From assembly GCF_000150275.1 (NCBI RefSeq), contig NW_002061193.1:1-8090 (forward strand): DNA of 8,090 bases, given 5' to 3'. The position numbers were made by a program, and so were the translations under genes. Source of the stretch: Trichoplax adhaerens. Taxonomy: Eukaryota; Animalia; Placozoa. Each line of letters opens with the position of its first letter. The first letter of the stretch is position 1. This document shows positions 1 through 7,886 of this stretch, piece after piece. A model generated the notes under the pieces. The model did not search any database and was not told where the DNA came from. It worked only from the letters and a program-made list of their open reading frames with translations.

Positions 1-134
1 CATCTCCTCCAAATAAAAGGGTCTTGTTCATCAAGCAATTCTGTGATATGTTTATCATCAAATTCTTCGCCCTCACTGGCTGCTGATGCAACGATCAGAA
101 TGAGAGTGGCAATTATAATAAGTTCAGTTTTCAT
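1..134 (-). CDS. Secreted prepropeptide, 5' part only (signal peptide + acidic pro-region + start of an aromatic/basic peptide); antimicrobial- or neuropeptide-precursor-like; continues beyond the window's left edge
   Basis: The reverse complement from ATG at 134-132 reads open to the edge: MKTELIIIATLILIVASAASEGEEFDDKHITELLDEQDPFIWRR(C/W/stop). It has an MK start, a hydrophobic core LIIIATLILIV and a small-residue cleavage region ASAAS. An acidic spacer ending in DP follows, then FIWRR. The start context is gcaATGA. Confidence 0.8.
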   Translation of the reverse strand, partial: MKTELIIIATLILIVASAASEGEEFDDKHITELLDEQDPFIWRR

Positions 135-136
135 TG

Positions 137-160
137 CTATGAGGGGTAAATAGAATTTGA
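137..160 (-). other. 3' splice acceptor immediately upstream of the prepropeptide ATG, implying a 5'UTR intron
   Basis: The minus strand reads ...aaattctatttacccctcatAG|caATG: a pyrimidine tract and TAG two bases before the start codon. Confidence 0.55.
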
Positions 161-822
161 CGGAAATAAGAATTTGCCGCGATAGTAGCAGCAATAAAAA
201 TGTTGCTTCGTTATTATAACGAACGATATGACAGACTATACAAAGAAACAGCACAGTGAAGATTGTATCCGAACGTTTTCACGATTTGCAGCGGTAAACG
301 ATTGACTAGCGGATCGTTTCTATTTGCTACTGATCAAAATACGTGTTACACCCATAGGAATACAGTGAACTTAGCACAGTATAAATCGTAAAGTTGTTCC
401 TTAATTCTTGCGTAGCTATTTCAGGGTATTATCAACGGAGCACTGTCTTATTCCTAAGATTTAAGTGTAAAGATTTGATATCGAGTAGCTCTGTGTAAAA
501 GTCCTCTGGCTGGTAGATAAGTACCATATTCTTTAAAATAGATACTGTGGATTTATAAGTAACTAATTTACCGAAGTTTAATTTTATTAGATTTCGTTTA
601 TTAATTGAGCATAAGGTAAAACCTACTACTTTATTTGGCTTCTAATTAAGTAATATTTTGACAGTATAATTTTTGATAAGCATTATGTTATAAAATTGTC
701 ATTTAACCGCTAGGTTATTTAGTATCTACGATATTTTAGCTTCAATTAAGATAAAATCTGTAGTGACTGTTGATCAGAAATTATGGTAGAAGTTGTAGAC
801 TTTATCACAGAATCCGATGTGA

Positions 823-859
823 TGCTTGATCTAATTCAAATGCTTGATCTAGATTCAAA
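823..859. repeat. Two-copy tandem duplication (18/19 nt)
   Basis: tgcttgatctaattcaaa (823-840) is directly followed by tgcttgatctagattcaaa (841-859). The copies differ by one inserted G. Confidence 0.85.
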
Positions 860-1506
860 CTTGGGATGCTATTCTATTTAATTTTTTAAGTTGTAAGCTG
901 TATACTGTAGATAGACTTAATTTATGGTTCAAATGTGACTAGTATTAATTCAGTAATGTTGAAAATATAGGATAAAGTCAATCTTAAAATCTAGGAGATT
1001 AATTATAACTATTAGTTTAACTTAGAATTCTTCAGATAGACAATTTTTTAGTCTGATTTTACTAATTGCTCTAAGCAGCATGAAAAAAGGGTTACAATTC
1101 GATAGATCAATAGTCAAGTAGTTGAAATTGTAGAGAATACCGAAGATATAATGCTAAAATGTTGGTTACTCCTAAATCATGACTAATCTTCATTTTCTCA
1201 TGTCTTGATTGGCTAAGGCAATTATTGTACCTTTCTGTATTACTTTCAGTAATTTTCGTAAATTTTTGTTAAAATTACAATAATCTAGTGTTTTTCCTTA
1301 GTTAGTATTCGAAGTGGCTACTAGTTAAAGCAATGTCGGGTTTTTTTTTCATCCACTATTAATATTACAATATACAAGTCCTAAAGCACTAAATCTGCAT
1401 TCTTCCACTTACGATATACTGTACTTACATAAAATAATTTAACTGTAAGCGTTTTGCACTGAAAATGTCAAAAGCTGGGTCTGAAACTTAGCGAGGAAGC
1501 TTGAGT

Positions 1507-1638
1507 CCAATTTTGCGTCGTGGTAGCAAATAAGTGAGACTGACTCTTTCTAACGATTGGTAGTTATAGCTTTCGCAATATATTTTACTGATTGGACATT
1601 CTTAAACAAGTCGTATCGGAAGGCCATCTCCTATAAAA
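1507..1638. promoter_or_regulatory. Putative RNA Pol II core promoter with clustered CCAAT (NF-Y) boxes and a plus-strand TATA box
   Basis: CCAAT at 1507-1511. ATTGG at 1556-1560 and at 1591-1595, the latter in the context CTGATTGG (reverse of CCAATCAG); these two are 35 bp apart. TATAAAA at 1632-1638. The segment is visibly GC-richer than its flanks. Confidence 0.45.
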
Positions 1639-2776
1639 ACAGAATTCCCTTGGGACCAGCGAGATACAGAGAAAAGACTTGTGGGGAAGGCGATTGTCTG
1701 CGAGATGCTTAGCTTTCAAAGTATTGTCCTACTACGGTAATACTGTTTTAATAAGGGAAAACCTAGTATCGTTTAATTTAAAACTAAAAATAAGTTACGG
1801 ATTTTTAAACTTGAAGGCCTACTACAATGTTTTTGCCGTATCTCCAAGCCAGTGCTGTTATAGACCATAATATATCATGATGTGTAAGCATGCCTAAAAT
1901 TACTTAGATTAAATTCATTATTATATTCTTTGAACCTAACTTTATAACAAGTAGAATTTTTGACCACAATTCTCTCGTGGGATTATCATATCCCTGTTTG
2001 AGTATTTTTTTAACATCAATACTATTTGAAGCAAATCTGAAGATTGTTGCTCAAGACCGATTCAATTGTAAACAAAATGTCAATAATAATTAATATTCTC
2101 CACTTTGGATATCTCTAGGGATTACGAAACTGTCAAGATAGCTAATTATGTGACCAATAATAATCTCTTACAGTGATTTAGCATGAAAATAATGACAGTG
2201 AAATATTATAAATAGTAACAATCGCTATCTCTACAGAGGTCATTGAAGTTCTTCAGAAGAGGTTCTGCTAAACCTTAAGTATCATGCTAAGCTATACTAA
2301 ATCTAGTCTTATTATCAAAATTTATGATGTCTGATCAATTTTTGCATCCATGTTATTAATAATTAACAGTAACACTATTTTATCATTAGTCTCTAGATGA
2401 GCGTTTTGTTACTGTACCTTTACTGATTTTGCAAGTATTTTTTATTTAGTAAATGTAATTGGAAACCATAAACACTTAGGTATTATGTCTAAAAACATTC
2501 ATTCTGCAGAATTACAGTACATGACAGGGCCACATCTACGAATATATCCGGAAATGAATAATTCATATCGGATTATTTGTCACAGTAAGCCTTCTTTCAT
2601 TACTAGTGGTGGTCACCATGTAACGTCTAAATCTTAAATGCTGTGGTGGAGTTCTATATAGAATTATATCTCAAATTTCCAAAGTTTGCAGAAAATTACC
2701 AATTTTTAAATCTCCATTAGAGGGTTCCGCTATTAATAGTAATAGTGGTGTTGAATAGAACTACTATTGAAAAGAC

Positions 2777-5599
2777 CTTTGACAGAACTAATAAATCATT
2801 TAAGTGCAACATTTGGTAACAGTCAACTTTACTTCTTATCATTTTTCCGAGCTCTTCTTCAAATAATTCAGTAAGTATTGCAGTATTTTATACTGAAAAA
2901 GATTTTAAAGAATTAACTATTAAGCTATCAATCAAGTAATGAAATAATTGATATCGGCGTATTTATTTACTAATTTCAAAAGCTACTAGGAATTTTATTA
3001 TAATCTCTAAAATAAAGGTTCCAATCAGCGAATGTGTAAAGTATAATGTATTCGTTAGATAAGCAGTATATAAATTACCATAGTAGGCTTGGTATACTTA
3101 CCTAATGAATTTATCATCAACATCAAGATTATTTTCTCTTAACGCAAAGAAAATTTTCTAGTAAACTTGTGGTAAGTATTATGTGATGTAGAATAATCCT
3201 CTGTGGTGAATAAAGCAGTTGTAAATTGTGGCTAATAATGGCAAAGAAACCATCGGAAATATATTGACCACGATGGGTATTTGCTAGTATAGTCACTAAA
3301 AATATCTACGATACATAACCTACTACAGCATTAAATTTACACTTAGTATACCAGACAACATACTATCAAGGAACTACGCTTTCGATGAGGGTTTCTAGCC
3401 AACCGCAGTATTGGTGTTCCATGCAATGATATTCTAAGTCTGCAGGCTACTAGGAATTTTAATACTACAGAAATATCACGAATAATGACGAAAGGAATTC
3501 GAAATTGGGCTATCAAGTGTTCTTAATCGACGCAAATATTATTTCTGCTGTGCTCAATCGTAAGCAAAAAGTAACGGGTTTTATGATTATATTTCCTATT
3601 GCAAACTCACATCATTATTTTCGAATGTATTGTTATTGATTCTGAGTAATGGAAATAAAATTTCTTAATTGTCATGCTAATAATATATTATAAGTTCATA
3701 TAATGAAGTGTTGAATAGTAATTCTTGCAAGTAGCGCCTCTTTAAACTAGTGTAATTCTATGTTAGATCTATAAAGATCCAACTGATGTACATGCACTAA
3801 TATCTGACCATTGTCCTAAATATTTTCCATCTAAGTTTACCACGGGCTCCATTATTTATTCATTCATCTCTAGAAAATTTCAAACTGGTAGTCTTCCGGA
3901 CTGCTAAAACTGCAAAGCTATTTTCCAATTCTGGTATGATTAATAAATTAGTTTAGTAAAATTAGTAACTTACACTGTGAGATAGGATTTTGCTTTGATG
4001 TTTTCAAGTTGCGAAAAAAATATACTAGCTAAATTACAAAACTTAAGCAGACAATCTGTCTTGAATTGCTAAGTAACTTTAAAAGATTCTCATTGACTGT
4101 GATGCTTCGGAAGAATATGTGTTTATCATGATTACAAAAAATTCTGAGAGAAATAAATTAGTAAATAGTAGTCTTTATTGTAGCTAGTATGAGATGGATA
4201 ACCATGTACATTTACAGCGTGATATATTAGCGAGAACTAGTCGAATAATTATAGTAAAGTAGCATAGGTAACGCGCGCAAGCTTACCTTGTAACTAGTAG
4301 AACTAACTTAACGAAATAGATGCTTGAAATAGCTTTTATGATGTAGGAAACACAGCAGGAGGAAATTCTTTACAAATGCGGCTGAGTAATAAGAATACGC
4401 GCATCTTACTTCTAGTTAGTGTAGTTCTGCAATATAATCCAACCCAATCCAACAGAGGATAACGAGATTTCCACAGTGTAAATTGTTAACTACAGATAAT
4501 ACATAGCATATTTTGAGTTATACTACAGTGCAGTGAATATTAACTTTTACTCTACCAAAAATAAACTATACCGTATTTAAAAGTATACTCTACATAAATC
4601 ACAAATCAACCAAACTACCAATTAATGAGATACCTCATGATTATCCCAGACTTTTGTTCTCTTCTCTATCTTCAACTTCACTAAACCATCGAACTACGCC
4701 ACCTTTTGTGTGCTACGCAGTGCAGCTGGTGACATTAAACTATCCAATTATCGTTCTAAATTACTCCAAATTAAACTAGCAATCAAGCATACACATTAAT
4801 TATATATTATACCCTAGATTACCGAAATTTCTAAATTAATATAATCGTAGTTTAACTTAAAATTATAGATTTTTACAGTATACGATAAGATAGAACAACA
4901 ATCTTAATTAGAGCACATATCGAACATTCGGTTTCATACAGCATGAAATCATAAAATGACATTAACTTTTACTGTAATTGATGATCAAAATTAGCCACAT
5001 ATATATTCTATTACAACGTTTGAACTACAACCTCACAATATCTCATTGTAAAAAAAAATCATGCTGTCGATTATCTTAAATTCTTGCCCGAATAAAGCAG
5101 TCGGATTTACAATATACCAAGATACTAACTAAAATCTTCTGTTGTAATCAACCAAATAATCATATTTTTAATGCTAGAATAAGTACAATACAAGCACTTG
5201 AAGGAGAATTATAAAAATTAACCTTCATTAAATTATTAAAACTATTATTTCTGTTTTCTTTAACTCGATAGCGAAGTATGATTAGAAAACTGACCTACAT
5301 GACCAGCATTTCTGCAATGGAACAAATTGCGATTACCTCAACGTTTGTAAATGAAAATTTTCACATCATTACACGTTCAAATTTATTATAGTCCAATTAC
5401 TCTTACTACTTATGATGTCTGACCATAGAAATATCATCATGAAGCAATGGAAGCTTTCCGCGACCTTCGGTTTTAATCACAGTTACTTCTATATCCGAGA
5501 CTAGACCTAAGTTCTTTACCCACCATAATTTCGAAAGTTCATGACAAATTCAAAAATTGATTCAGCTCTGTCAGCACTTTTTATAGGAAATAATGTTCC
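2777..5599 (-). pseudogene. Possible decayed multi-exon gene or spliced non-coding transcript on the minus strand (product unidentified)
   Basis: Several AG...GT-bounded segments translate to protein-like text. 5599-5524 gives GTLFPIKSADRAESIFEFVMNFRNY (donor G|GTGGGT). 4775-4634 has two stops (donor GAG|GTATCT). 4381-4287 has acceptor ttcttattactcag and donor AAG|GTAAGC. 3157-3102 gives KIFFALRENNLDVDDKFI (donor AG|GTAAGT). 2892-2777 has acceptor tctttttcag and gives NTAILTELFEEELGKMIRSKVDCYQMLHLNDLLVLSK. No intact joined ORF exists and I recognise no homology. Confidence 0.28.
2982..3461. repeat. Dispersed exact 16-nt direct repeat
   Basis: gctactaggaatttta occurs at 2982-2997 and again at 3446-3461. 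Confidence 0.8.
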
Positions 5600-6023
5600 C
5601 TTGTAATTGTATTATGAAACATTTAATTATGATTAAAGCTTTCCAAGGGAATAACCGAATTAAAAACTTGAAAATCTACTACGAATCGCTAAAGATCCAC
5701 AGAGATAAACCTACGTATTTAAGCTATAGATTTATTACAGCTGCAATAATGCAAAACCTCATTCTTTATGTCGTACTAGTCGAGTTTATTTAAAAATACA
5801 ACATTGCTATCCATCTAATTTTGCCTAGCACTAACCTGAAACCAAGATAACACTTTTATAATTTATCAATTTCGCTCAAAATATTCAATCTCGTTCCCTC
5901 AGTGTATCTTACACTAGGCTATTTTAGAATAAATTTAGTTCTACATTTAATCCATTAATCACCGCTACAGAAAACCATCTGATATTAAACTATCGGACCT
6001 ACATTTTATCCTATTTGCAACAG

Positions 6024-6107
6024 AATATTCATCGGCTTTATCACTACCTTGGAATATAGTCGAAATGGAAGAGACTGTCGTAGAAGATGAATATCCTTTT
6101 GTATTAG
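6024..6107 (+). CDS. Upstream exon of the Death domain-NB-ARC gene (acidic N-terminal leader; candidate start ATG at 6065)
   Basis: Acceptor tttatcctatttgcaacAG|6024 and donor 6107|GTAAGG. The 84-nt exon is open throughout: xYSSALSLPWNIVEMEETVVEDEYPFVL. ATG 6065 is in a strong gaaATGG context. The exon ends in phase 1, and G+AA gives Glu, joining exon 6858 in frame. Confidence 0.6.
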
Positions 6108-6832
6108 GTAAGGGCTTTAATTACTAATATGTTAGCTACACTAAAATTGCAATTTAATTGTTAATTTAAGAGCAGTTAAAAAACTTACAGGCAGTAAATT
6201 TTGTTTATAGTTTACAGTTTCTAGAGTCTCAAGCCAGTATATTATCAAGGTTTTCCAGCTGAAATGAGGGTTTCTGCAAATGTTTATAGTGCTTGTGTAG
6301 TATCTGTAAGATACATTCTAAAATCCTAGAATCACTTAACAGTGCTTTAATTTCTACAATTTTTTGGCTTAATGTAGCTTCTGAAGTGCAAACAGATTTC
6401 TTCACCTTTTGACCAATATAGATTTCAAGTACTTATTTAGCCTTTAGTAAAAATATATTGCGAGTATAAAAATTCAATTAATAGCTCTAGCAAATGTCAC
6501 TTATTCGTATAAGTACTGTACAATCTATCTTTAAGACCCGTCTGAGAATCAGCTAAATAAGAAATTAAATCGCATTTTCTCCCATATATACTCAATATTT
6601 ATTCATTCGTCATTTAATGACAACAAAAAATATAAAATTTCATCAGAATATTCTACTAAATGCAGACTGCATATTGATCTTCACTACATACCAAAATGTA
6701 ATTGTACTGCTAAGGTAGATAAATATGAGACAACACATATATGGCTGTTTTAATTAACCGAATTTTTGAGATTGATTTCAGCAAATAAAATGGCCAGTAA
6801 TGCCACTATTATTGTATTAAATTGATGTTATC

Positions 6833-6857
6833 TACTAACACGATAACTATTTTATAG
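6833..6857 (+). other. Branch point and 3' splice site of the intron before the Death-domain exon
   Basis: A perfect TACTAAC branch consensus at 6833-6839 is followed by ...tattttatAG ending at 6857. Confidence 0.75.
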
Positions 6858-7094
6858 AATGTGAGAAATATTACGAAATTATAGTAAAAAATATTGGTAG
6901 AAAATGGTTGGCTCTTGGTAATGAAGTATGCAAAGATCATGCAACATATTGCTATGAAGTTATGGATAGCTTTTACACTTTTGAGTCAAGAGCATCCTAT
7001 ATGTTGTATTACGGCAAAGTCGTGAACAAAACTTTTAAAGAGCTATTAGAAATTATGATCAAAATAGGCTGCCGGGATATTGCTGAACAATTAC
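6858..7094 (+). CDS. Exon encoding a Death domain (death-fold superfamily) of an Apaf-1-like NB-ARC protein
   Basis: The 237-nt exon between tatAG and GTAAGA translates as (E)CEKYYEIIVKNIGRKWLALGNEVCKDHATYCYEVMDSFYTFESRASYMLYYGKVVNKTFKELLEIMIKIGCRDIAEQL. It matches the Death-domain pattern IxxxIGxxWxxLG ... TxxxLxxxLxxIGxxDIAExL. It overlaps ORF 6908-7153 but extends upstream of it. Confidence 0.85.
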
Positions 7095-7655
7095 GTAAGA
7101 TGTTTCACATCAAATTTTCAAAGATGCAAATAATTAAGTTATCTCTTCTTTAAGCTATTTGAAAAGGCTAGATCTTCTAAATGTCTACAGTCATTCCATT
7201 ATGTACATTAGCATAAGTATTATGTTCACCTTATAGTTTGAAAAATAATTGACTTACTAATTTACTACAAGATAGAATCTCATTAATCTACAAATTGCAT
7301 AGAATTATTATGAACTGAAATATCAAAACCTGTTGTAGATAAACCTCAAGCCTAATCTGTTATTATTCAATCCAAGTTGACCTTAGGGAAAAAGAGCAAA
7401 AACGCATTGGTAACCAAGGTGCGATCCAGATGTATTAGAAATACAGTTATAATTAAACCTTAACCCATTTATATCAGCTGTTTTTTTTAAATTTAGCGTT
7501 TATTTCATCTCAATTTTAACATGTACAATTTGCTATATTGCAAACAAATCATCTTAAAATTTAAAAAAATTACAATACTACTTTCTGTCAGAAAGTTTTG
7601 ATATTAAAAATTACTATACCTATTGAAGGATTTGCGTTTTATCTAATTGCTATAG

Positions 7656-7886
7656 AATACTTATTGCAACACATACCCATAATCTCCAATCATCACAACG
7701 TTCTCTACAAAGAATTTACTAAGAATATTGGTAAACAATTGAAGAGAATTGATCAAGATGGAGGTCATATCTTAATACATGGAGGTGTTGGAAGTGGTAA
7801 AACTACGGCTGTCTGTCAATCTATTCAAAGAGCTATTGAGAATGAAGGCTGCTTTAAATTTTATAGCTGCTATTGGCTTCGAATTG
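7656..7886 (+). CDS. Exon encoding the N-terminal part of an Apaf-1/CED-4-type NB-ARC (STAND) NTPase domain including the P-loop; the gene continues beyond the window
   Basis: The 231-nt exon (gctatAG|7656 ... 7886|GTACTG) encodes YLLQHIPIISNHHNVLYKEFTKNIGKQLKRIDQDGGHILIHGGVGSGKTTAVCQSIQRAIENEGCFKFYSCYWLRI. Walker A GGVGSGKT lies at 7781-7804. By eye it aligns colinearly with Apaf-1 as I recall it (GWVTIHGMAGCGKS ... LLEGCFPGGVHWVSVG). The window ends in a pyrimidine-rich ...tttatcctatca, compatible with the next acceptor. Confidence 0.85.

Noticed and set aside
1679-1870. 63-aa ORF from the track
   Set aside because: It starts at TTG, has no recognisable motif, and runs from a promoter/UTR-like segment into AT-rich intron-like DNA. 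It is likely spurious.
2467-2484. HKHLGI resembling the K(Y/H)LG motif of non-LTR reverse transcriptases
   Set aside because: There is no upstream YADD-type motif and no downstream LxWxxHI-like continuation. Six residues are insufficient.
3430-3510. Minus-strand PNFEFL...IPSS/ADLE resembling a hAT transposase dimerisation motif
   Set aside because: It needs frameshifts, the spacing is wrong, the ERxFS signature is absent, and I saw no terminal inverted repeats.
4287-4775. Alternative genetic code (TAA/TAG read as sense) explaining stops in the minus-strand segments
   Set aside because: The confident exons contain no in-frame TAA/TAG and use CAA for Gln. Decay or non-coding status is simpler.
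5299-5469. Two extra plus-strand exons (5299-5342, 5429-5469) that join in phase to exon 6024
   Set aside because: The donors are weak (GTTTGT, GTTTTA) and the peptide is uninformative. Phase agreement alone is easily obtained by chance.
5593-5793. 66-aa ORF from the track
   Set aside because: Its composition (I/K/N/Y-rich) is what random AT-rich DNA gives. It has no domain signature or convincing splice boundaries.
7095-7153. C-terminal tail of ORF 6908-7153
   Set aside because: It begins exactly at a GTAAGA donor where Death-domain similarity ends, so I treat it as intron, although a DD-only intron-retention isoform cannot be excluded.
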